From assembly GCA_964016885.1 (NCBI GenBank), contig OZ024744.1, forward strand, positions 64,170,001 to 64,234,000: 64,000 bases of DNA, written 5' to 3'. The DNA is from Eledone cirrhosa (lineage: Eukaryota). Shown here in pieces: positions 36,600 through 49,745 of the stretch. The notes below the pieces were generated by a model that was not told where the DNA came from, did no database searches, and saw nothing but the letters and a program-made list of their open reading frames with translations. Each line of letters starts with the position of its first letter. The stretch's first letter is position 1. Position numbers and translations under genes: made by a program.

Positions 36600-39576
36600 A
36601 CAAGTGCAGCTTACGCACCCCAATCGGGGTTGCCAGACGAACTTAAGGATAGGTTTTACGAGTCCCTAATGCACACTACTGCTCTAACAAACGACAAATC
36701 ATTGCAGGAGATTTTAACGGACACGTAGGTAAACACTGTGACGGCTTCAATAGAGTCCATGGAGGCCATGGGGTTGGCACAAGAAATGAAGAAGGATTCA
36801 GGCTTCTAGAATTCTGCGACGCCAATGACATGTCGATATGTAACACAAACTTCAAAAAACCCAACAACCACCTGATCACCTATAGATCAGGGGAGCATTC
36901 TTGTCAGATAGATTTTATCCTCATCAGAAGACGTGACAGATGGACGGTCATAAACACAAAAACCTTCCCTAGTGAGGAATGTACCTCCCAACATAGCTTA
37001 GTTGTCAGCGACCTCACGGTCCGAACTAGATGAACCTGGAAACAGTAGCCAACCTGGAGAAGAAAGATCTGGAAGCTGAAACACCCCTCAGCCAGTAACA
37101 GATTTAAAGATATTTTACTCAACGCCTACGACAGTAAAGAAGAACAGATAGAGACATTCACTGTAGAAGAGCATTGGGAGTTCCTAAAAAATAACTTACT
37201 AGAGGCGACGGACGAGATCTGTGGTTGGAGTAAGACCACAGGCAGGAGGAGAGTGACTTGGTGGTGGAACAATAAGGTAGATGAGGCAGTTAAGGCCAAG
37301 AGACAGGCATGGTAAGAATGGAAGAACGGGGGGAGCAGGGTACATTACATAGAGACCAAGAGGGAAGCTAGGCGACAAGTATACTTAGCTAGGAGGGAAG
37401 CAGAGGATAGAAAATTTAAGTATATTTTGCAATGTGAGGACCAGAAACAGGAGGTGTTCAAGATTGCGAGGCAGTGTGTCAGAGAGAATTGTGATGTCAT
37501 TGGAGAGAAGTGTATCCGGAATGATAAAGGTGAGCTTGCCCTCACAAGTGCTGAGAAGAAAGATGCGTGGAAGGGCCATTATGATAGATTACTAAATGAG
37601 GAGAATGCATAGGAAGAAGAGACTCATAGTAAGTAAAGCAATCAAAGATATGAAGATGGGGAAGGCAACCGGTCCATCGGGTATAGCTGCCGAGATGCTG
37701 AAGGCATCTGGTCGGAAGGTCACACTATAACCACACGTATTGTTAACCAGGTAATACTAGAAGGTGTCATACCAAAAGATTGGTGCAGTAGCATCATTGT
37801 CAACTGCTACAAAGGTAAAGGTGATGCACTAGATAGAGGAAACTATAGAGGTATAAAGCTGATGGACCAGGTCATGAAATTAACAGAAAGAGTTATAGCA
37901 CAGTTGATTAGGGACCGGGTGAAACTAGATGAGATGCAATTTGGGTTTGTACCAGGAAGAGGCAGCATGATGCCCTCTTCCTTGTGAGGCAGTTACAGGA
38001 AAAGTACCTAGCTAAAAGTAAGCCACTCTACCTGGCATTCATCGATCTCGAGAAAGCCTTTGACAGAGTTCCACGTGCTATAATCTGGTGGGCTCTTAGA
38101 AAACTAGGAGTAGATGAATGGCTTGTGAAAGCTGTACAAGCCATGTATAGGGGAGCAGTCAGCAAAGTTAGGATTAGCAATGAGTATAGCGAGGAATTTA
38201 GCATACAGGTTGGTGTCCACCAGGGCTCTGTTCTTAGCCCTCTCCTGTTCATCATAGTCCTGCAGGCAATAATGGAGGAGTTTAAGACTGGATGCCCATG
38301 GGAACTCCTGTATGCAGATGACCTCGCACTTATAGCTGAATCTATGGTAGAACTAGAGAAGAAATTCCAAACTTGGAAGCAAGGACTAGAAAGAAAGGGT
38401 CTCAAAGTCAACCTGACAAAGACTAAAGTCCTTGTAAGTAAACGAGAAAACAGAGCCCAGATCCCCTCAGGGAAATGGCTTTGCTCAGTATGTAGGAAAG
38501 GTGTAGGTAGGAACTCCATTGTCATCCCCAAATGCAAACAATGGGTACACAAGAGATGTAGCGGGATCTCAAGAAGCTTAACTAAGAATGTAGGCTTCAC
38601 ATGTAGCAGCTGTGCTGGGACAGCAAGCAGCAAACAGCCACAAGCACCACCAATCTCTGGGAGGGCTCTGAAGAAACAGTAGACAGCTTCTGCTACGTAG
38701 GTGACCAAATTAGCAGCGGAGGTGGGTGTTCAGAAAGTACAATAACTAGGGTAAGAACGGGATGGAAGAAGTTCAGGGAGCTACTGCCACTGCTAGCTGC
38801 AAAAGGTTTTTCTCTCAAAATGAAAGGCAGACTGTATGATGCGTGTATACGAACAGCAATGTTACATGGTAGTGAGACCTGGGCGCTGAAGGTGGAAGAC
38901 TTACGTAGATTAGAAAGAAACGAAGCCTGCATGCTCCGATGGATGTGTAACAGTAACATACGCGAACAGCAAAGCATAAATGAATTGAGAGAGAGACTGA
39001 GCATAAGAGGAATCAAATGTTGTGTGCAGGAGAGGCGGTTGCGTTGGTATGGACATGTGATGCGTATGAAGGATGACAGCTGCATAAAAAGGTGCAGAGC
39101 ACTAGAAGTCAATGAAAACCGCGGAGTGGGGAGACCCAAGAAGACCTGGGATGAGGTGATAAAAGCCGACCGTACCTAATTACACCTCTCAAAGGTGATG
39201 ACACACGACCGTGACCTCTGGCGTCACGTAGTAATACAGAATACCCGACCTCCCACGGGTACAAGCCGAAGCTGAGGCATATACACAATATGCCCCACAC
39301 TCTCCCAATGCAAAGTGGTCGTGGAGGTGCCACGGCAAAAAAGTACCCAGCCCACACTGTAAAGTGGACGTGTAGGTGCCACGGAAAAAAAGCACCCAGC
39401 ACTCACTATAAATGAGGTTGGTGTTAGGAAGGGCATCCAGCTGTAGAAATCAAGCCAGAATCAGTTCCTGTATAAGCAAGACAAGGTCAGCCGACCAGAC
39501 ACTGCCCACAACAGGACAACCCGTCTAACCCATGCTAGCGTGGAAGAACGGACATAAAACGGTGATGATGATGATG
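36600..39576 (+). mobile_element. Degenerate RTE LINE, 5'-truncated
   Basis: APE, RT (ORF 37984-38682 with YADD) and C-terminus (38820-39179); 3'UTR and (GAT)n tail; several stops and deletions. Confidence 0.95.
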
Positions 39577-39978
39577 CTTTCTACGGTTTACCGAAGATAC
39601 ATAAATGTAAACTCAGAAGCAATGCATGTGACACTTTGACTAACAAATACATACAATTAATATAACCAGTAATACTTTATATACATTATAAATCTTTTTA
39701 AAAGAATTATCCCTTTCATTTTTTCAATAATAGCCTCAGCCGGATGGCTGGAACTGGTAAAAGAGTAAAAGAATATCATCTTTTTAATGTCACTTTGACG
39801 AATCAAAAAACGGATAAAAAAAGAAAATCAGACTCTTAACCCTTTAGCATTCAAACCGGCTGTATCCGGCCAGAATTCTCTCACCTCTGCTGTTCAAACT
39901 GGCCACTCATACCAATGTTAAAGTATTGTTCTTAAAATTAATATCAAAATCTCATAAATTTGATATTATGTGAGATAA

Positions 39979-40169
39979 TAATTGTTTCTACTTTAGGCAC
40001 AAGGCCAGCAATTACCCAGTGCATTACTGGTACTTTATTTTATCGACCCCGTAAGGATGAAAGGCAAAGTCAACCTCGGCAGGATTTGAACTCAGATCGT
40101 AAAGGGACGTAACTATGCTGGAAAGCATGGCATCCGACCCTCTACCGATACTGCCAATCCACCGCCCTT
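39979..40169 (-). mobile_element. SINE family A, full length
   Basis: Complete head with A and B boxes; TGTGAGATAAT-like flanking repeat. Confidence 0.9.
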
Positions 40170-40487
40170 GTGAGATGATAATGTGAGATAATAAATATGT
40201 GAGATAATAATGTAAGATAAAGCCTTTACTGCGAAAATACAATAGTATATAGAGAACTAGATCAAAGCTGACCTTGGGCTAAATATCAACAACAGCAAAG
40301 AAAATCTTTTTGCCTAAGAAATAAATCATTTTTAGCAGTAATGTTTGGTGAATGTCGAAATACTTTGGCTAGTTTGTTGTTCAGTTATAAAAGTAAATAT
40401 AATGGATTTGTCTACACTGATATATAGATTTGTATACACTGATTCAGAAATATATACATCATATGCTTATGTATACATTTATATATA

Positions 40488-42099
40488 CTAGCAGAAGTGC
40501 CCGGCGTTGCTCGGAATTTAATTGCTTAAGCCGAGCGGTGAAGGCAGCATTTTTGCTTCATTGTCGAGAATGTTGTTCATCAGTTTGCGCTGCACATGCA
40601 ACTGCAGTTAGAAATGCATTCCCGGAAAGGCGGATGCTCCTATGTTTTTCTGTCTCGGTTGACTGGGTAATTGCATTTCGAGTTGCATTTTGTGACCAAC
40701 CGAGTCAATTTCTCGACGGACGACTCTGTAGCTCTTCTTCGTTTGGCAGCAGAAGCAGCTTTAGTTTAGCGACTAAGCCGTGGTCTATTTTTTTTTGGGG
40801 GGGGGGGGGGGGGGGCATGGCCGTAGTGTCAAATTATGTGTGGTAGCGATTGAACAGTGAATAAGTGTAAAGTGAGTACTATGTTGTAGCAGGACCGAAC
40901 ACGTAAATATTTATGCAGGTAATGGACCAAGAAGGGGGGGGGGGAGCGAAAAGTTTCAATTGACCAGTAAATAAGTGGAAAGTGAGTATTAAGTAAGTTA
41001 TATGAAGAATGCACGTCAAATAGTAAGCCAAACCCGTCTGAGTTATAGCACAAAAGAGCGTAAACAGGGGCGATAATTTGGAGCACACTGGAAAATAAAT
41101 CATCAAAATCGGAGGTTCCTGAAAAAAGTTTTCTCATTATTTTTTTTGTCTCACATTGCTAAAAACAAAGAAAAAAAAATTATAAAAAGGACAACAATAA
41201 AATATGTCTGTGTTGAGATTCAAGTAAATAAATGCTTAAGCGTCGTTATGACTACGTTTGTTGTATAAATTCATCTGTTGCTTTTGAATATTTGTTATTT
41301 GATGTAAAATGTAATGGTGTAAAAGGTAATGGCGAGAGAGGAGCATGTATTTAGTTTTATTGGCTTTTTAAGTTTTGTTATTTGATGTATGAGCGTCATT
41401 ATGACTATGTTTGTTGTTGTATAAATTGATGTGTTGCTTAGTTTTCAAAGTTTATGTCACGTTCCTGAACGAAGATTTGTCGCTGTTGTAAACTGTAATG
41501 GTGATAGGGTAGTAGAGAGAGGGATTAACCTTTTAAAGAGAGTTGCAGAGGAGTTTGAGAGGGGAGTAGAGGGAGGGATGAACCTTTTAAAGAGATTTGC
41601 AGAGGAGATTGAGAGGAGAGTAGAGGGAGGGATAAACCTTTTAAAGAGAGTTATAACATGTATGTAGTTTCATAGATTGTTGAGGGTAGTAGAGGGAGGA
41701 TTAACCCTTTAAAGAGAGTTGCAGAGGAGTTTCAGAGGGGAGTAGAGGGAGGGATGAACATTTTAAAGAGAGTTGCAGAGGAGATTGAGAGGGGAGTAGA
41801 GGGAGGGATGAACCTTTTAAAGAGAGTTGCAACGTGTATGTACTTTCGTCGATTGTTGAGGGTAGTAGAGAGAGGGATTAAGCATGTAAGAGAGAGGGTT
41901 ACAGCATGTATTTAGGTTTATTGATTTTTTTTCATAGAAGCAGGACATTTTTGGCAAAGTTTATTACGTGTTGACCATCGTTGGTAAATTTGGGGCACAT
42001 TGGAAAAAAAATCATCAAAATCGGTAGAGAAATGTGGAAATGCATAAAAATCATACACACACAGGCAGACATCTTCCGTTTTATATATATATATAGAGA
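40488..42099 (-). mobile_element. Non-autonomous Helitron
   Basis: Minus strand starts A|TCTCTATATAT and ends with hairpin CCGAGCAACGCCGGG followed by CACTTCTGCTAG|T; no TSD. Confidence 0.85.
41507..41900. repeat. Purine-rich tandem repeat inside the Helitron (54/54/~68-bp units)
   Basis: GGGAT(G/T/A)AACCTTTTAAAGAGAGTTGCAG-like unit recurs at about 41521, 41575, 41629, 41697, 41751, 41805 and 41874. Confidence 0.9.
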
Positions 42100-42319
42100 T
42101 AATGCAAATGCTAAAGGGTTAAATATATTTTTCGTGCTATTTCCAACTTCTCCTTTTCTCTATATCCACTGTTTTGTATAGAACCTTACTTCCCTTTTCT
42201 AATATATATATATATATATATATACACATAGTAAAGGGCCAACTGGTGAGGAAATAACATCACATGCCCAGTCGGCACCCTGTATCAAGACAAGAAAAGT
42301 AAACCTTTTCCAGATTTAA

Positions 42320-42537
42320 CCCTTTAGCATTTACATTACTCTATATACACTATTTTATTTTCATAGTAAAGGATTTACCTCACATAATTATCTCACATAA
42401 TATCGAATCTATGAATTTTTGATATTTATTTTGAGAACAATACCTTAACATCAGTATGAGTGGCCAGTTATAGCCAGTTTGAACAGAAAGAGGTGAGAGA
42501 ATTTTGGCCAGATATGGCCAGTTTAAATGCTAAAGGG
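42320..42537. mobile_element. piggyBac-type MITE, intact
   Basis: TIR CCCTTTAGCATTTA/TAAATGCTAAAGGG with TTAA TSD; another copy at about 45563-45769. Confidence 0.88.
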
Positions 42538-43046
42538 TTAAGGTTCTTATAATATTTCATTGTTTTTTTAGGTTTACCGTTTGAGAAGCTCAGGCTGTCA
42601 AAACTGACAGTCCTTAGCAAAAGGTACATTACGGATTTTAATAAACCAAAACCAAATGAATAAGGCCTCGGATTTTTATTTATATATATATATAAGGTAA
42701 AGAAAGGTAAAGACTCCCTTTGGTCACAAATGACCATAGGATTTGCATCTAGAAAGTTCCCCTCAGAGGCACAAGTGCAGGTAAGGTTGTTTGTGGAAGA
42801 CCAGCAGTCGCTCATGCATACAAGTTTCCCCTTTCCACACCACTGATGTTGTCCAAGGGAAAGGCAAAAGCTGATGTAGCTTGGCACCAGTGATGTTGTA
42901 ACTTATTTCTACGGCTGAGTAAACTGGAACAACATAAAATAAAGTGTCTTGCTCAAGAACACAATACAAAGCCCAGTCCAAGAATCAAACTCACAACTGA
43001 TTGTAAGCCCGACACTCTAACCACTGTGTGTGTATATATATATATA

Positions 43047-43916
43047 CAGGGTGCAGACGATATGTGTTCGCAATTTTCAACTGCTAATTTTATGCAAATT
43101 TTTTTTACTTCCGTTGTCACTCTTGTCTTCATAAAAACAGTGACTATATTTCCATTATTTATTTTCAGATTAATTGATTATGAATAATTTTGAACCTCCA
43201 AATTTGTGGAAGAGACACGGGGTTCTTCTTGGAATCTGCACCGGGAGGACAAATAAGACCAGAAGATCAACTCCCAGAACAACATGTGGCTCGCTGTCTC
43301 ATCCAAAGACGTGGCCAGAGTCATGCAGACAAAGTTTTCAGCAACAACATTGGTCTTAGGTGTCATCAGCAGTCAAGGTGATGTTATGCCACCTCACTTC
43401 TTCCCTGAGGGCCTCAAGCTGAACACCGATGGCTACATCCGCATTCTGAGCGAGGTAGTAAAGCCCTGGATTGACCAGATAGCTGCAGATAGGCCGTATG
43501 TGTGGCAGCAAGACTCAGTGCCCTGCCATACCAGCCGAAAAACCCAAGCCTGGCTGTCAGAGAACTTCGTTGACCACACTTCACCTGACATCTGGCCTCC
43601 CAGCTCGCCTGACTGCAACCCCCTCGACTTCTTTGTGTGGGGCACAGTGAAACGAGACACCAACAGATCTAGCTGCAATACGAAAGACGATCTGAAGGCC
43701 AGGATCACAAGTGCCTTTAGGGGCCTAAGTTGGGGGATAGTGACGAGGGCCTGTAGACGGTTCCGAGGCCGCCTTGAGGCCGTCATCAAAGCCAATGGTG
43801 GGTTTATCAAGTGAGATCGAAAGAACCATGAAGACAAACTGACCCAAGTTTGATAAATAAATCTTAAAAAATAAAACTACTGTGTTATTTTTTCCTAGAC
43901 AGTCGTCCGCACCCTG
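43047..43916 (+). mobile_element. Internally deleted DD37D (maT-type) Tc1/mariner transposon
   Basis: TIR CAGGGTGCAGACGA/TCGTCCGCACCCTG with TA flanks; ORF 43284-43814 has QQD..WPPSSPDCNPLD with 37 residues between the 2nd and 3rd catalytic D. Confidence 0.92.
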
Positions 43917-44581
43917 TATATATAAAATCATCACGATCATCATCATAATCATTTGATGTTTGCTTTCCATAACAGAATGGATTGGACGTCATCACAGTCC
44001 AGGTCAGGTCATATTCAGGAAACTATGTTTTTGCTAGGAGGATCTAATCATCAGCATATAGGAGGAGCTCCCACAGATAACCAGTCTTAAATTCCTCTGT
44101 TGTAGCCTGGAGGACTATATTAAACAGGGGGACTTAGGACTGTGCCATGGTGGACTCCCACCTGTACACTAAACACATCACTGTACTCATTTCCAACTCT
44201 AACCTTGCTGGTTACATTGTTGTATAGAGCCTATACAGTCCTCACAAACCATTCCTCTATCCTTAGTTTCCTAAGCAACCACCAAATAACAGTGTGTGGG
44301 ACTCTATAAGTCTTTTTTAGGTGTCACAACAAAAAGCACCAAGCCCATGCTATAACTTGGTTGTGTAGGTGTCACAACAAAAAGCACCCAGACCACACTG
44401 TAAATTTTGATCAGATGTCATCAACAGTCAAATTGAAATTGTACAAAAGTTTCTTTCATCCAAAGCCATAAAGAAAAACATAATCAGTACCACATAAAAG
44501 TAAGGCAAAATCAAGTGTTGAGAAACTGGCCATCAACAATGTACATGGATTCATGATGCCAATAACGTATTCCATTTAATC

Positions 44582-44903
44582 CAGAGGTTCTCAAAGTGGG
44601 CCCTACGGATCCAGGGGGGGGGGGCATTCAGAAGGTCCAGGGGTCGCTGATGGGCGGTAGAGATGATATAATAGGATATTAAATATCAAATGACACATAT
44701 ATATAAATATAGTAAAATAAAAAATATATAATATTTAGTTATACATAGTATATATTATATTATTTATTATATATAAATTAACGATTTTATTTATTGTATA
44801 TTATTTACATTTTATGTGTAGGTAGGTCTCTCTGGAAATAGGGTTGGGGGGCACTGAAGGAATCATGTGGCCGTGAGTGATGGCTAAAAAGTTTGAGAAC
44901 CTG
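44582..44903. mobile_element. hAT MITE
   Basis: CAGAGGTTCTCAAA / TTTGAGAACCTG ends; 8-bp flanks ATTTAATC/TTTTATTC. Confidence 0.7.
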
Positions 44904-44959
44904 TTTTATTCTAACTAATTCATATTCTAACCAATTCTGCATTTTGCTGATATGAAATT

Positions 44960-45500
44960 GTAGAACATTTCTTCAGAACATTGACTGCCTGGAAACTGTT
45001 CAGAGACATGCAACCAAGCGAATACCCTCTATCAGGCATCTACCATACTCTGAACGCCTTGCTTCCCCGGGCTAGGATACATTGAAGCTCCGACATCTGG
45101 CAACTGACTTGGTAAACAACCACAAAATTATTAACCATCTTGCCAACAACAACCCTGAGCACCTTTTTGAATTCCATGTGTCTAACACACGACGGCATGC
45201 ATACAAATTCAGAAAACAGCACAACTCCCATGAGTTTCAGAAACATTTTTTCACACTAACCTGCATCAGTTGTTAGCTGTTGGGACACTACATCCTTTAA
45301 AACCTCCATACTTCCTGAAATTCGCCAACACTGCACCTGATGTCCCCCTCCATACACATATGTATCTGTGTGTATATCATAACTCATACACTGTTCACTT
45401 TCCTGACATTTGTACATTACCCTATGTACTATACATGCACCTCTGATGAATTGTAGTGCACCTGAGCACTGTATACAATAATTTCATTATCATTATTATT
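44960..45500 (+). mobile_element. CR1-like LINE 3' end
   Basis: Reads LETVQRHATKRIP..SNTRRHAYK..KHFFT; tail TTGTAGTGCACCTGAGCACTGTA..(ATT)n also seen at 4722-4760 and 57168-57200. Confidence 0.75.
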
Positions 45501-46079
45501 CCTTTAGCTGGGTGAAAATACAATGTTCTACTTTCATTCTATATTGGTAAAGGATACATTAACCCATTAACATTTAAACTGGCTTTATCCGGCCAGAATT
45601 CTTCACATCTTTCTGTTCAAACCAGCCGTAACTGGCTACTCATACTGATGTTAAGGTATTCTTCTCAAAATAAATAATATAAAAATCTCATACATTTGAT
45701 ATTATGTGGGGTAAAGCCTTTACTGTGAAAATACAATAGTATATATAGAGTAATGTAAGTGATAAAGGATTAACTAGGTTAGCTTTGCTCTCTATTGAAA
45801 GAGTTTGTTACTGAGGTGGATTATAATAAAGTAATGAATAACTTTGATAGAATTAAGCCTAGACGAAAGAGACAGGCTGTTGCCCTTCTTTCACACACTT
45901 TCCCCCCATTGCTTCATTTTGTTTTCATTTTACATTTAAAATAAAAATAAATAAAACACATTTTCATAGTTTTTAGATTTATGAACTTACTGTAAAACTT
46001 TGTTATTTTATTGTATTTTGATTTTAAATATAAAATAATCATCTTTGACTACTTTTAAGCTGTATCTTTCATGTAATTT

Positions 46080-47460
46080 GAAGGTGATATCTGACTTGCA
46101 CTTGATAGGTTTGAAGCCGAGTGCTGCATGGCTGGAATGAAAATCAGTGCTGTGAAGACTGAGACTCTCATCCTTTCAAAGAAGCCAGCATACTGCACTC
46201 TACAAGTGAGTGGAGTTCCACTGAAACAAGTAGAGAAGTTCAAGTATCATGGGATGATGTTCACTGAAACAAGTAGAGAAGTTCAAGTATCATGGGATGA
46301 TGTTCACTGAAACAAGTAGAGAAGTTCAAGTATCATGGGATGATGTCCACTGAAACAAGTAGAGAAGTTCAAGTATCATGGGATGATGTCCACTGAAACA
46401 AGTAGAGAAGTTCAAGTATCATGGGATGATGTCCACTGAAACAAGTAGAGAAGTTCAAGTATCATGGGATGATGTTCATTGAAACAAGTAGAGAAGTTCA
46501 AGTATCATGGGATGATGTCCACTGAAACAAGTAGAGAAGTTCAAGTATCATGGGATGATGTTCATTGAAACAAGTAGAGAAGTTCAAGTATCATGGGATG
46601 ATGTTCACTGAAACAAGTAGAGAAGTTCAAGTATCATGGGATGATGTTCATTGAAACAAGTAGAGATGTTCAAGTATCATGGGATGATGTTCACTGAAAC
46701 AAGTAGAGAAGTTCAAGTATCATGGGATGATGTTCACTGAAACAAGTAGAGAAGTTCAAGTATCATGGGATGATGTTCACTGAAACAAGTAGAGAAGTTC
46801 AAGTATCATGGGATGATGTTCATTGAAACAAGTAGAGAAGTTCAAGTATCATGGGATGATGTTCACTGAAACAAGTAGAGAAGTTCAAGTATCATGGGAT
46901 GATGTTCACTGAAACAAGTAGAGAAGTTCAAGTATCCTGGGATGATGTTCATGAGTGGTGGAAAACAGGAGGCTGAATTAAGTGCAAAAACTGCAGGTGC
47001 TGGTGCAGTAATGTGCCAGCTTCAGCAGTCAGTAATCAGAAGAAAGGTAGGTGTAAAAGCAAAACTCGCTATCTTCAATTTGGTGTTCATGCCGACCCTT
47101 AACTAAGGTCATGAATCTTGGGTAATGCTGAAAGAATATGATCGTGAATGCAAGCAGCTGAAATGAGGTTCCTCCAAAGGGTCTTTGGAGTAATGTTACT
47201 CGATAAAGTGCGTAGCTCGAAGATCAGAGAGTCACTAAAGCTCCTATACTACGGGAATGTAGTTAGAATGTCTCAGGAAAGAACTGCCAGACAGATTTTA
47301 CGTGCAAAAGTAATCGGCAGGAGACCCATGGATAACATCCATGAGCTTGGGTGGTCTAGCTTGGGGATCCAGCCAGATCAATTGGAGACAGTTGCTTCTG
47401 ACAGGATCTGCTGGAAGGAGTCTGCCCCAACAGCCCTCTCAAGAAGAAGAAGACACACTT
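46080..47460 (+). mobile_element. RTE-type LINE fragment containing an internal 43-bp array
   Basis: AGMKISAVKTETL..LKQVEKFKY before the array; MQAAEMRFLQRV..YGNVVRM after it. Confidence 0.85.
46219..46949 (+). repeat. 17 x 43-bp tandem repeat
   Basis: Unit CACTGAAACAAGTAGAGAAGTTCAAGTATCATGGGATGATGT(T/C), exact period 43, no spacers. Confidence 0.97.
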
Positions 47461-47464
47461 AGTG

Positions 47465-48620
47465 TCGGCTTAATATTTTCTTTCGCTTTGATTCTATATT
47501 TTCATGTGAATTAGGTAATTAAATGTGTACAAACACACACACACCAACCACAACTAAATATAGAATGATACGCGATGCCCCCCCCCCCCCAGCCTCGGCG
47601 GTCAGAATAGAGAAGGCGTTTCCCCGGAGGACAGCAAGGGAAAAGCCACTCCAACTCGCGGGGCTCACACATGCGGCTGGCCAGCCCAGCGCCTATGGTG
47701 GTGAGTAGGGAGGTAGCCCTAGGGCCATGACACCAGAAGTCTCCACTGCCAGGGGTACAACCGCAAACCTGTCGGAGAGCGACCGGTATTTGAGGAGTTT
47801 GCCCACCTCAACCCGACGTGCAGCAGAACCCGGGTTAATCGCAGACTGCACCAGGTTGCAGCCGCAGAAAGTGTCGATGCAAGTGGCATCCCAGACGAGG
47901 GGTTTGCCACCGCGGAACGGGAAGATGGTAATGCCATCTGGCCTTTTGCCGTCCCCTCGATCCAGCCCCACCAGCTCGAGCTGGGAAGGGAAGCCTGCAG
48001 CGTCCAAGCCATGCTTTATGACCTCGTTGAGGGCAGCATGGTGTGGAATGCGGCCGGCACTGTGGTGACAGGAAAGCTATTGGAGGCCGAAAGAGTCCAC
48101 AGCGACAGTGGTGTGGCTGGCAGATCCGGAGGCCGAGCCTCAGGGAAATGCCAATGCGCAGGCTATTATTGTCTAGCTACGTGCCAGTGGAGAAGGAATG
48201 GCAGGGCATGGAGCCAGGCACCACTGTGGGGTTTGGAGGCCGCACGAAAACAGGCAAGGCGGTGCTGGCGCGAGAGCCTGTCTGAGGCCAGGCTGCACTG
48301 GATGGCATCCCAAGAGCTTTGGGGGGACTTGACGTCAACAGGGGGAGAAGGAGGAGGGACGTCTACTGGGCTGAGTCCCAGCCTGTCCCACGTCTCACAG
48401 GCGGCCTCACGTTCTCTGAACACAGACAGTTCTATTGCGTTTAGAAGAACCCTGCTGACAAGGACGTGGCACGAGGTTACCGATGAAAGAAACGCCGGCA
48501 AAGCCAGTGAGATCACGGACCGGAGGCCAAGGCCGCTAACCTGATAGGTAAAGTGGCTTGTTGCCATCCAATGCCGTCAAACTTGACGTTGCATATCCCC
48601 TCGGCTGCTGCTCAGATACA
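47465..48620 (-). mobile_element. CRE-like RLE retrotransposon 3' fragment
   Basis: GLGLRS..LALPAFLSS, SGAWLHALP, DGKRPDGITIFPFRGGKPLVWDATCIDTF, PLAVETSG. Confidence 0.9.
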
Positions 48621-49745
48621 TATATCGAGGTCAGTGAGGAGAGATGTGTGAGTGTAGCACAGAACGCTGCGAAGAGTATAGAGTAGCTTCGGCATGGCAA
48701 AGCAGTTCCTCAACAGAAAGAGGGCTGGGTGGTCGTCGATCAAGCCCAGTCGGCTGTATATGTGTTGTATTTTGATGGTATTTCGTTTGTGTTTGTAATT
48801 TCAGACTAATAAAAAACAAAAGAAATAGTATAAATATAAATTGTATTTATTTCTTAATTTCTTTCAATCTTTAGCTATAAAATTGCTCACTATTAATAAT
48901 TATTTTTACCTTTGGCACAAAGCCAGCAAAGGATGAAAGGCAAAGTTAACCTCGGCGGGATTTAAACTCGGACCGTAACGTTATGCTGCATAGCACGGGG
49001 TCTGACCCTCTACCAATACTGCCAACCCACCGCCCTTATATTGCTTAATAATAATATACCCACCGCCTAAATTACTTAATAATAATAATAATGTGTCTAT
49101 TTTTGGCACAAGGTCAGCAATTACCCCAGCGCATTAGACCTTAAACTTCGCCAGTTGCAGATTGCGTATCAACATGAGATATTTTTCTCCACAAAGGTCG
49201 TTCACCAACAGCAGAGTTTAAAGAGCAAAGATCAAGTCCAGTCGATAGATTGACATTATCAACCTATCGTTTTGGCTGCCGACCTCTGCTTCTCTTAACA
49301 GCCAACCTTCCTCCCAGGCATAACCTACTCACATCAAACCGTATAGTTTGAGAACTCTTGACTTGACAATTGATGTAATTGGTCTAAGACTGGTAATGTT
49401 GAGCAGCTCACTGATACAGTTACGGTCGCTGAGCTGCTTGTCAGCCATAAGTCTCATGCCAATCTCCAACTCACAATCTACAACCAGCAAATTGCTCAAG
49501 TTACAGAGTTTGTATATCTCGGTCACAAACTATCATCAAACAACAATGGAATGGTTGCTGTGGAGTATCACATCGCTCTAGGTTTGGGCAGCTTTTAACA
49601 AGAACAACCGGGCGAAAGCTAGGAAATTCCACAATTTATCATTCATCTGAACGTTATCTCCATAATTATGTGGTTGGTGCTAGTACATCTCTCAACAAGA
49701 TTTCTGTTCTGTTAACCTGGCTTCCACACACTGAAGCATTAACAC

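Larger units (their letters stand above)
39840..42118. mobile_element. piggyBac-type MITE interrupted by a SINE (39979-40169) and a Helitron insertion (40257-42099)
   Basis: TTAA|CCCTTTAGCATT at 39840 and AATGCTAAAGGG|TTAA ending at 42118; the halves rejoin into the same MITE as 35258-35477 and 42320-42537. Confidence 0.8.

Noticed and set aside
38028-38708. Long antisense ORFs over RTE copies (also 63274-63990, 26436-26834, 7628-8128)
   Set aside because: These are shadow frames of the LINE ORF with no independent protein features.
40829-41137. Helitron helicase or captured gene ORF
   Set aside because: No Rep or PIF1 helicase motifs recognisable; treated as non-coding internal sequence.
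46219-46949. CRISPR-like regular array
   Set aside because: Units are contiguous with no unique spacers, derive from LINE coding sequence, and the context is eukaryotic with no cas genes.
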